Made by a program: the position numbers and the translations under genes. A model generated the notes under the pieces. That model was given only the letters and a program-made list of their open reading frames with translations, did not search any database and was not told the origin of the DNA. A DNA stretch of 64,000 nucleotides from Catajapyx aquilonaris (lineage: Eukaryota): NCBI GenBank assembly GCA_000934665.2, contig KZ538146.1, positions 1 to 64,000 on the forward strand. The letters are read 5' to 3'. Positions 40,782 to 53,000 of the stretch are shown one piece after another. Position 1 is the first letter of the stretch. Every line of letters begins with the position of its first letter.

Positions 40782-40906
40782 GGGCCGGTTTCACCGAGCT
40801 CAGTATATGATAAAACCAGGGTATTTCTCAAAATCCCTATCTATTTGTATGGATTTTCCTAAAGAAGCCTGGTTTTATCATATACCAAGCTCGGTGAAAC
40901 CGGCCC
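40782..40906. mobile_element. PIF/Harbinger-type MITE
   Basis: TIR GGGCCGGTTTCACCGAGCT...TATATGATAAAACCAGG and its reverse complement; 3-bp TGA on both flanks. Confidence 0.8.
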
Positions 40907-41326
40907 TGAGTCACATTTTTCTCGAATCTAAGTTAGGGAATGTGGTACAGTAATATACTGTATAACTCTTGAGGTGTACTTTTAACGGCCAAATCAGTTT
41001 TCTGATAGAGCAATTACCGTATTAACCACACCGTCCTCCCCAATGAATGAATGACTGAATGAATGAATAAATAATGTTTTTAAAATGTGCCTCATTCAAT
41101 CTTCAATCATCAAACTCTCATGTTTCAAAATCATTTCAATGTGACTCGATCGTTCTGTCTTCCAGGTCATCATATAATACATGTGATAGACAAATGTTGC
41201 CACCATCACCAATATACAGTAGAGAAGGTCTGACAATACTCCCTGAGAAGACGTTAATAATTTTTTATGATGTTGAATTTTAATTAATTAAAATTATTAT
41301 GAAGGATGCGCCAGGCATCATTTATT

Positions 41327-41327
<1 letters not shown>

Positions 41328-41391
<64 letters not shown>
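41328..41391. repeat. (CT)n microsatellite
   Basis: Perfect dinucleotide run. Confidence 0.95.
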
Positions 41392-41392
<1 letters not shown>

Positions 41393-42320
41393 GCAATAGA
41401 AAGGATTCATAAATGACGCAATTATTTGACAACTGGGACATTAATTTTTTCACACATCAAATTATTGTCGTAACCTGGCGAATAGGCTTGTTTCAAATTT
41501 CTCGCTGACAGGCCATTGACACAAAGACACTTCACTGTCATCAGGTTCATGACCCGTGTCATAAAAGACACACTTCTGCTCTTGACCACTTTTACTGCTT
41601 GGGCTATTACGGCCTAACTTGAGCTGTATTCAATTTACAGTCCATTGATCCTGTCAGATTTATTCATTCGGTCGGCACAGAGGAATCAAATCACAGACAA
41701 CACTACTGTGATAGACATGCAACTAATCCAGATAAAATCTGTCGTCTTCCTCTCTGGAGGTGAATAAACACAGGAAAGAGCGACTGCTTCATACCTATTC
41801 CCAACTTGACAAATGAGCTAGCAAGAGTTCGCACGAACCCTTACCCTTTCGGATTGGCATTGAAACAGGTTTGGAGAAGGCAGTTGCCCTTGGGAACATG
41901 CGCAGGGCTCTGAACTAGAACACATTATCCAATTTTGTAACGCAATCTTAGTTTTTGTCTTCGCTTCCTTTTTTGTTCATTACTATCCTCAGTCCCACAC
42001 GCTTAGAATAATTGACCCAACATAGCTCATGTTATTTTTCAGGGACATGCAACACTGAACGGGCGCCACGTGCAGGTCAAAAAACACTCCAGGTTAACAG
42101 CAGGTTGACAAAAGCCACAGAGTTACAACTTGCATGTGATAATTGATAAAACATCCATGTTTGCAGTAACTTAACATGGAAGCACTTTAAAACAAAAGGG
42201 ACATTTCTTGATAGAAAATAGTCAATGCCTAACTCTAACGCTACAAATAATAAAAATATAAAAATATAAAATGTAATAACAATAATAGTAGTACTGGTGG
42301 TAGTATTGTAGTAGTAGGCC

Positions 42321-42351
<31 letters not shown>

Positions 42352-42395
42352 AAGAAGAATAATAATAATACTGTAATAATAATAATAATAATACT

Positions 42396-42439
<44 letters not shown>

Positions 42440-42440
42440 C
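42321..42440. repeat. (AAG)n-(AAT)n compound microsatellite
   Basis: Direct reading; source of the spurious poly-Y/F ORF. Confidence 0.9.
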
Positions 42441-43229
42441 ACAACAACAATGGTATGTTATCACAAGTGCTTAATACTGTAACTGAATGAAGACCTGATC
42501 ATTGATGACTGATTACGTTAAAATTCCCATAATTGGCGGGTAACAAAATATTGTCATTGTGTAAAGTCACATCTTACCATAATATTTCAGTGCAGAACTG
42601 AAAGATGGCTGGCCCAATAGCATTACAAGGGCCGTTATGAAGTTTATGTCATCTCCCAAAACTATAGAAGCTATGACAAAAATAATATATTGTATGAGAA
42701 TCTGACAACTTTATATCAGATCAGTAGACTAATACTGCAGTATTTACAATACGGTGTCACACAGAATTTAGCTTACATCCGTATCGATGAAACTGTTCGG
42801 CACGATTTTGGGCAAAGATGGTGCTCTCGCAGCCTCCAAGTATAAAGGGTCGTCGTTCGCAAATTACGTCATCTTCCAAAGAGGAATGGAGAACGGGATT
42901 CCAAATTGGGTTGAAGTCACTTTTTTACTTTTGAAACATTCTGCCGATTGCCTGCTAAAAGGAAATCAGATAACTTAGGTGATAATTGTTATGACATATG
43001 GTAGCAGATAGAGCTTTTCATGTGTGAGTCAGTGGTGGTGTGGTGCACAGTGACTACACTGACCATTATTGGCCAGGTTAAAACCATGAATGTGACGCCA
43101 TTTTGTAGAGGAAATTAGTCCGCTATTTGTCCATATTTCCGCTAGAAGCAATGCTCGTCGAACATTACTTTTTTTATTGCCACCCGCGACAGGTGAGAGG
43201 AATATCGCTTATCCTTCCCGCCATCTTTT

Positions 43230-43400
43230 CGGTCCACTTCCGGTTCCGTTTTCTAGAAGGATCCAGAACATTTCATTCCCGCGCTTTTGCAGACGGCCCC
43301 AATCACCACCCCCTGAACCTGTTGTTCTGCGCATGCGCCAATTTCACCCCCCTTCGAAACCCCCATCCCCTGAACATGTTATGCGCATGCGCCAATTCCG
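43230..43400 (+). promoter_or_regulatory. CpG-rich housekeeping-type promoter
   Basis: ETS-like CACTTCCGG (~43234) and two NRF1/Ewg-type TGCGCATGCGC sites (~43328, ~43382) in a duplicated ~52-bp unit, ~200 nt upstream of the strong donor at 43581. Confidence 0.6.
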
Positions 43401-43565
43401 CTCCGCCTTCGAAACCTCACCCCCAGACTACAAAAAAGGGGGTCAGCAGAGGTCAAGAGGAGAGACAAGAGGATATCTAGAGGAGGCACATCTCACCATT
43501 CTATTCTTATTGCTGTTAGTGATCGAGACGTTGGATCAGCATGGAAGGAGAAGATACTACCGGAA

Positions 43566-46500
43566 ATGGACAACACAGCAGGTAAGCAACATACACTTGT
43601 TTGCAAAATAATGTGGCGAATTCACGTTCGAATTCCATTTCAGGGAAACCGATAGAGCTATGGCGGCTCATGCACGACGGTTGCCGCTTCAGCGGCCAGA
43701 TACCGAGGCAAACGCTGCCATCAGGGAGCGTTTGGAAGAGGAGTGGTTTAGGGAACATTATATCCCTGAATTCTCGAATGTAATTAAATGCTAAATACTA
43801 ACTACTGCATAAAAATGTAATTAAATGCTAAATACTAAATACTGCACAAGAAAGTAATTAGATACTAAATACTAAATACTTCAAAAGTATTTAGATACTT
43901 TTGTAAATACATTTCAAATACATTTTTTGTTAATGTGAATTTCTTACCATCATTAGGCCTATTTGGATATAAAAAAAAGAAAACATAACATTTCTATTAT
44001 TATACGAGGCGCATCCAGAAAGCAAGGTCCGTTTTAAAATTATAAAAACCAAAATGCACCCCAGAATTATTATTTACACATCTGAAAAACTAATAGACAA
44101 CTGTACTACACTGAAAAAAAAAATTAGTTGCAGCTATTAAAAATTAGTTGTTGTAACTAGGACCTTTAGTTGCTATAGAGACAACTGACTATTTAGTTAC
44201 ATGTTCTAAATGCCTTTAGTTGCTATGTTTAAATTTTTTTTATTTTTTATTTGTTTTATTTGTTTTATTTTATTATTTATTTATTATTATTTATTTTTAT
44301 TTTATGTTTAAATTTTTAATAGCAGCAACTAATTTTTTTTCAGTGAAATTGACCTTCACTGAATGTGCATATGAAAGTGATTATCTGGTATTTTTCATGA
44401 AGGTGGCAAAAATAAGTGCTTATTACATGCAATATTCTCTAAGTTTGAACAGACATAACTACGTATAGTTAAGCCTGCTGCACTTATTTTTGCCACCTAC
44501 ATCTGAAAATACCAGATAATCACTTTCATATGCACATACAGTGAAGATCAGTTGATCACACCACTGCCAAAAATGGAAATGACTAGGTTTATTTGGTATA
44601 AGGAAATAATACCTGCAGCATTTGTCAATAGAAGTTGAACACAGTTGTTATTTCTGTGTGCAGCAGAGGATAGTCTCTTACAATGGGATTCTCAGGTAAT
44701 TAAAACATTGTGTATGGTATTATTTTTATTACTGAATTATGTAAGTATTAAGTCACAATATTATTCGAAATGCGACACACTTCATAAGCCTGAAACATTC
44801 TCATTAAACCCTACTCTTTTGAACTTACATGCTTTAGTTCCATCAGTTACAAAAGATATTTGGGAATTACATATTCTTTCCCAGTTACCATGCGACAACC
44901 ATGTAATGGAGGTTGGTCATGAACTGTGTAGCACGGTATCCATACCCAGTTAGTGCCACTTTTATACGACATGCAACACACTTCATAACTTTGAACATGA
45001 TCATTAAATCCTACTGTTTTCAACTTCAATACTAAAACAGAAAGCTCCCTTAATTTAGTCACATAAAGAATATGCACAATTCCAAATACGGGCATCACCC
45101 CCTCTTCGATCATTGAAACAACTACACCTGGTTTAAATATACTACCATAAAGTTCCACCTTGTTTGGGAAAAAATGAGACCCATTCTGCAAGTGATCTGG
45201 TAAAACATGAGTAAAGTAATCTGAATATTTGTAATTCCTTTTGTATTCAGTGTCTCCACTTCTCACAACTAAAGACTCAGATAAATAATGCCCACCAGTG
45301 ATATTCTTGCAAAGCTGCATCTGTTGCTTCATTGCAAGAGATGTTGCGACATTTTTCCTACATGATATCACATCTGCATATTGCTTTGACTCCCTATACT
45401 TTGATTAATATCTCATGTTCCACATGTGAATCAGTGGACCTGACATTTCCATTTGCTTTGGATAATGGACCTTTTTGTCACTTGAACATATCATATCATA
45501 AAAAAAGTGTTGAATAAAAATCCACATGTGCTCACATTCTTGTGGGTATACGTGGCTCCAAACACATGAAATGTTTTGAAGCACACATCCATCGCCTTGA
45601 GCATGCCGTCAGTCTTGTATGTGATATCATCGATGGAAATGTAGAAGCTCAGGTCATGCTTCCTTCCTACCAATATTATCATTGGTTGAGAAGGGAGCTC
45701 ACACTGGATGAGCTTCTCCCTACGTCCCTCAATCACCTCCTTTACCGCTGCAGGAATCTGTAAATTTGACATTGAGTAAATTATTTTTTTAGCATAATTA
45801 TGCCTTTCTTGTTGTATTGAGAAAGTATTGGAACAGGCTTTTCCTGCTTAAATTACAACTGTTGCTTGGTTTTATTACAAACAAAGAAGCTCTTATTTGG
45901 AATAAGCCATCACTTTTCACTACTGGTTCTAAGTTAAAATACCATTAGCTAAAATAGTACCAAGAGTTATTAGCTCTTGACAGTACTGATTCATGCATAT
46001 AAATGAATAATTGATTTATATGCATGAATCAGTACTATCATGAGCTTCCAAGTAAAGCACTGCGACATGAAATTATTATTATTTCATGTCACAGTGCTTT
46101 ACTTGGAAGTATTAGGCATGAGGCAACCACAAAGGTATATGAACGTACTTACAGTCACTGAATGTGGCAATTTGTATTTTAGGTTTATTTAATTCAAATT
46201 ATTTTCTTTCGGTTCAGAAGACACTAACAATTGCCTTAAAAATGCCACAGCCTGCACTCCTTATCATTACGTACACATCTGTGAATCAGAAAAAAACAAG
46301 CAAACAAAAGTTTAGATAAAGTACCTCACCTCTTTCAATGAAGCTTTGCTGAACTTCCAGGAGAGATGGTTTCCATTGCACTAATCCTTTTGATACCTTG
46401 CATGATGGGAACAAAAGTGGAAGCATATGAAGGAGGCAAGCAGCTCTCACATCTGCAAAGTAAATATTAAATTTACAGTAATTAAGTGGCATTTGCATTT

Positions 46501-46923
46501 TTTGTGTGGCCTGATTGTGGCCTAAATGACCAGAACGATTCATAAAAAAATACTCAGAATCCACATTGAAAACCTACAATTGCAGCATACAAGTGCAGAG
46601 CATGCTATATACATTTTCATAGTATGGGATTTGACCAGAATACACTGAAATAAACAACTCATGCAAGAGCAACAATTTGCAGGATCATAGCCTAGTACCA
46701 AAACCGTCCTTAGCTTTTGCAAAAAACAGTTGGATACCATGTGCTTAATTTCATTGGATAACAGCAATAACTGAATGATGCACGTAAATAAATAGAAAAA
46801 ATGCCAAGGTACTCACTGTCATCTGGTTTCTTTTGCTTGCCAGCCAATTGCTTCTGCAGCAGCAATAGAAGGAACCTCCTTTCCCCCCTTAAGACCAACA
46901 TAGTTAGCATAGGGGTAATTTAA

Positions 46924-47005
<82 letters not shown>

Positions 47006-50000
47006 CAAAACAAAACAAAACAACTTAGCTCTCCTCGTCACTCCTATTCTGCCATGACAAAGGCTTTCTGAAGCCTACCAGATTGAATATTTTCTCCAGG
47101 TTTTACCAGGTTGTCTCATTCTATGATCCAGATCATATTATTGCAGAGTAAAATTCTAAGTGGCTGTAAAATTTTGAAGCTATATTTCCAACTGCATTAA
47201 TACATTATGTCAAGAAAATTTTGGAGGATGTTCCAAGCAGTCTAGACATTTTAATGAAGGACTTTTCATCACCTGAGAATTTTTGGCAGATGGGGAAGAG
47301 GTGGGTGTGGAAAATGATTGAGAGATGAAGAGTATAGGATTGGCAGTGAGAGTGTTCTGGTAGTCTTACAAAATTTGGTACCCAGGTTGTAATATTCTTC
47401 AGTGTATATGGTGTTTGTGTGCAATGGAAGCTAGAGGTGCACACACAGGGTCATGTTACAATGTTGATTTTTTATAGTGAAATCTTTGTAAAATATTTAT
47501 GAGCAGCTGAGACATACTTTTGGACAGCAGTAATGTGCTGGTAATAACAGGACATAGCTCTGAACATGTTTCTTAATGATGCTTTTGACTAACACTCATC
47601 TTCCCACCTTTTTCACCCATGTCTGGTAATGCTGTAGCTTATTCTTCCCTAACCCCAGGAATAGTGGAAAATAGTTCACCATGATTTGGAATAGAGCACA
47701 GAATAGATAAACAGTTTTTACTTGTCTTGATAAAGCAGTAATTACAAAGTTTCCTAGCCTATGAATTAAGCAGTTAACCTATCAATGTATACTTATATCT
47801 CATGTCATCTCTTTTTAAAACACAAGTGGGAACACGAGTGGGAAGCATCTGATTCTGCATGGCAGACTGATCGTGAAGCCGTCTTGGAAATGGCTAGATC
47901 TGAGGCGGATTGGGCCATGCAGGTATCATGGAAGGTATGACAGCACTTATCTATACTGGGAATTAACTTACTTAGCTCTCCTCGTCACTCCCATTCTGCC
48001 TTGAAAAAAGCTTTCTGACTACCAGATTGAATATTTTCTCCAGGTTTTACCAGGTTGTCTCATTCTATGATCCAGACCATATTATTGCAGAGTAAAATTC
48101 TGTTAAACTTTAAAGCTATATTTCCAACTGCATTAATACATTATGTCAAGAAAATTTTGGAGCATGTTACAAGAAGTCTACACATTTCAATGACTGGCAT
48201 TCACTTATTGTTTCATCACCTGAGTATTTTTGGCAGATGGGGAGGAGGTGGGTGTGGAAAATAATTGAGAGATGAAGAGTATGTGCCCACACTAGCATCC
48301 ACCTTAAAATACGTCGACTCGGCAGTTATAACATCGGCTAACTATGCCTCTCCTATCTGGGGACTAAATGAAATAAGAAATTTAGAAAGGGTACAAGGAA
48401 CAGCTATTTAAAAAATTACTTGCTACAGGTGTACAAACAGCTGGCTAATTCATGTAGTGACTGATCTACAGAGGTACACACACAGGATCATGTTACAATG
48501 TTGATTTTTATAGTGAAATCTTTTTAAAATCTTAATGAGCAGCTGGGACGTATACTTTTGGACAGCAGTAATGTGCTGGGAATAGCAGGACATAGCTTTG
48601 AACATGTTTCGTAATTATGCTTTTGGTGGCAGGGAGCATGTGACCCTGAACCATCATCTGATCTGCACCTGGAATATCCCATAGCTGTTCCCCTTGTCCT
48701 GACAATGGCTTGGACTCATGTCCAAATGAAATTATCTACCTCCTCCAAGTGTAGACCGGGTTCAATTCACGCACAGTCACTGATGTATAAATATCCTCAT
48801 TGTACGTGAATTGATAGACAGTTACTGTACACACAACAGCCACCAAATGCCACCCCACATTATATATGTGCTACCATCTTGGAAGCACCTACCCAAATGC
48901 AAGTTATTTCCTCTTAGTGGTGATAGTGATGATTGTTGTTGCTGTTGTAGTAGTTGAAGTAGTTGTTGGTGATGCTGTTGTATGATGAGACTAGGAAAAA
49001 AAATGAGGGAAACTTCATTTCAATATACATTGTGAAGAGTACCATTGTGAAGAGTACAAAATTAATATACCATTTCTGTGCTACCATTAGAGAGAGATAG
49101 AGGTCATGGAAGAGTGCTACGTGTGCGGGGAAATCTTCGCCAAAGAGGAGGGGATGACTAAGTTCCCATGCGGACACGATATTAAGGTGAGTAATGCAGT
49201 AATTTGTTAAGGGGCGTTCAGACGAGTCAACTTGGTTTCACAATCCGGTTCGCAACCTGCTTGCACACAACCTGAAATACACGGAGAGAATAGGACGTTG
49301 CAGCAACTCAAAAAAATGTTGCAACTGGCTCTGCAACCGGGGGCTGCAACCAGGTTGCAACCAGGTTGCAGGTTGCAGGTTGCCAGGTTGCAAATTGGAA
49401 GTTACAGAGCATATTATGAAGCATACGTATGAAGAACTCGCTGCATATTTGATAGTTGTGACTTCATTAGTTGGACAAGGGTGGCCAGAATTCTCACCAG
49501 AATTTTTTGAGGTTTTAAACAAATGCCAGCTGTAATTTATCCAGTGCAGGATACGTTATACGGTTATAGCATTGAGACAAGCTGTGGGTCGTGAACATAA
49601 TATTTGGGATCGTGAGGGTTTACAGAGCTGTAACTAGCTTTTTGTACACCCTGGGAAAGATTACAAAATTCGCCTCCCCCCTCCACAATAATATGAAAGT
49701 AAAAGTATAAAAGCTATTCATACAATTATTCCATAACCATATTCATGCATGGGGTCGTGGTAGGAGGGATAAAAACTTCAATGAGAAAATAAGATAGTAT
49801 TCCTGCCCAATAAATGCGCCCCCCAAACGCCTGCACCCTGTGCATGTGCCCATGTTGCCCCTGCCTAGTTACGGCTCTTGTGAGGGAGGGTCACAATCTA
49901 TATTTTAATAAAATCGTTATAATTATCTCTCTGGAAAAAATATGCATGTAAACGAGAAATTGTAAGGCCTAAGGTATAAGGCCTAATTTATCAGTGATTG

Positions 50001-53000
50001 CCATTGACAATGGGGGGGGGGGGGGGGNGGAATAGGAATTACTGGTCGCGAATTTTATGAGACTATTTTCTGGGGTCGCCAACGAAAAATATTGGGAAGC
50101 CCCCGGAAGCCCTGCATTTAAGAAATTTTCAGAAAGCTTTCCCACCCACGTAGGTGCTGTCATGTCTTGTAATAGGTGCTTATAGCAGCTGATATCAGGT
50201 ACCCCCGCAAGCATAAAGATGGAGACGGCAGGCCCTTTTTTGGCCTTTCTTTATCCGACTCAAATTAATGAACTCTTTTTGGACCGAGTTAGCTGCTTCA
50301 GGCGTGTGCTCGTGTATTTATGCCAGTATATTTGATGCCGTAATAGCTGAGAATGGCAGAGCAGCCTGCCGAAGGGGATGGCTTGCCGTCTCCATCTTTA
50401 TGCTCGCCGGTGTACTTCTTCGTGGCTTAACTTTTGGAGTCCCCCTTGAAAAGAGGGAATTCATACTGCATGTTGCTTTCCACTTCATGGATTCTTACTC
50501 GTTGGATGCATTTGACTTCATTGAATTTCAGGGACTTACTTTTTGGCTCTTCTAGCGAATCACTTTGGTTCTCACGAATATGGTTTCGGCATCCTTGGTC
50601 CTCATGGCGGAATGCACAGGTGTCCATGTTGAGGGTTTAGGGCCCTGATCGGGCCGGAGGTTGAAGAGGCAATGCCGGGTCGACCTCCTTAAATATGACG
50701 TGAGAGGTGATAATTATAACTTAAGCTCTTAAGGAATGCAAAGGCTTATTGATTCAGTTAACCTAGTAAGAGCAACGCAGTGGTATGTGTGCTCTCATGT
50801 CCCTCATGGATTTCGTAGGATATTGTTAAATGAAATCGGAAATAGCAGCACATGTTTCAAATCGTCTTGACTTTCGTTCCCTTCGCGGCTTATCTTTGAC
50901 ATCTTCTAATCTAAACGCACATTTTCCCAAGGCATTGTTTATTTTCGTGGTGGAGACTTCTTAAATCGTATTAGATCGGAACGCATCACTCACTTGCTTC
51001 ATTGTTTAGCCGGTACGTGTTGTCGTTCAAGCACCCAAATGCTTTTCAATACCTGACACCGTAAGGGTTTGTGTCTGTCATTCTGGTGCGACAGGTTTTT
51101 CTCACTTCGACTCAATGACCTGGTAATATGAACGGTGAAGATGTTATGTTGCCAATCCACAAAAAAACCAAAGAAATAAGCTCAGCCTATTAAATACGGC
51201 AGGGGTACGTGACTTTTGGCCCACCCTGTAAATGTTTATTGGGTTTTGACCATTTACACTTACAGAAAAAATTATCCACAAAAGGCCTCATTTTCTGCCC
51301 TTTCCATAGTTTCACGATTTTCTTTCCTCCCCACGACTGCGCATTATGGCTGAAACTTTATATGCAGTGTTTTAAAATAGGTGCATGCAGGGTGCAGCTG
51401 TGATTTAAAAAAAAAAAAATCGAGGTGGTCTAGCAACGTTTCGGCCCACTTGATTCGGAAAGACCACAATATTTCGAGGAATTTTGTTTTCTGACTGCCC
51501 CGAGGTCAAAAACGAATTTCAGACAAAAGGAATGGTCATTATGAGTCACGTGTGACCTTATAAGGAACATGGAAAGGCCAATGAATGTCCAGAAAAAAGT
51601 TAACTTTTATGTTGCAGAGTGTAAAGACTGTAACCATTATTAGCGCTTCTTATTTCTACGTATGGTCATTGCATTTTTTTTAAATTACACGTTTTGTTTA
51701 AAGTAAGACCGTAGCATAGATTTCAACAATGAATTTCTTCTTCTTCTTCTTCTTCTTCTTCTTCTTCTTGTTACGCTTTTTTTATTCGCCCTAACTCAAG
51801 TTCTGCTGTAGGTAGAGCTTCCAAAATTTGAACACAAATGCCCACCGTCGTGAAGTGAATTCCTACCATTTACACTTTTACTTAATTCCTCTTCAAAACG
51901 CCGCAAAAAATTTAAACCCACTAAAAAATGCGTCTCTATTTTTTTGCTCAATAACTATTCGGAATTGGGTTTCTTCATCAAAGGGCCGAAGGTGCAGTGG
52001 CATGGTGCGGATCTATGTTAAAAATCTCACAGTTCCCACTGCTACAGGATTGGAGTTGTGATTTTTTTTACCTCGTATTTTTCTGTCATTAATTCATTTG
52101 TTCATGACGCCATCACCTAGAAACGACAATTCTTGTTTACCAACTAGCCATATTGTTATTAGCGAAATGTTACCCTGCCGATGGTGTGAACGCATTGCAC
52201 TTATTACAGATTTACAGTTGAATCCGGATATAACAGCCTCGGCTATAACAGACTTGGTTATAAAGGCTGTCCCGGCATGCTTCCATTAGGCACTGTGTAT
52301 TTTCACTCCTGATATAACAGACTCATTTTCACCTCACCTCGGGTATAACAGACCATTTCTTGGACCCTCGGTGGGAAAATATTGTTTTCCAGGTATAAAA
52401 TTTGCACAAAGGAGACGGCAGAAGGAAATTTCGGATATTTTGGCCATATCATTTTCGGGTGAGCTAATATTGCATTTGTGACAGATTTCATTTATGTAGT
52501 CTAGTAGTGCATAGTACAGCCATATTGAAAGCAGAAATTTATGTTTTCGTTGCGTGACGATTCGGCTATAACAGACCTCGGTTATAACAAACTTTTTCCG
52601 CAGTCTCTTGAAGTTTGTTGTATCCGGGTTCAACTGTACTATTAACCCCGCTCCCTCCCTGCTATATCGCCATCGCCAAGTAATACCGGCCAACTCTTAA
52701 GCTGATTTAATTATGAAATAATGTTACAGTATGCGGAATATCTACCTTGAGAAATGTGCCAGACTAATATTTGCTGCAATCGTTGCATTTCGCGAAAATT
52801 AAATAAGTTTGGGAGTTTTCAGATGTGACAGAGGCAAGCCACACATAGTATTGATTTAATTCTTGGAAAGTGCTAAGATTTCAGTAAATTCGGCGGGTAC
52901 GGTTCTCAATGTAGATAATATGAAGGGTTGCCCCGAATAATGTTGTGACATTGGTGACAGTTGTCTAGTTTTGGTTTCCGCGGGTCCGGGAATTGGAAAA

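Noticed and set aside
43127..43783. ORFs over the CpG-rich promoter
   Set aside because: The open frames are expected from GC content and the duplicated promoter unit. Only the short spliced exon is supported.
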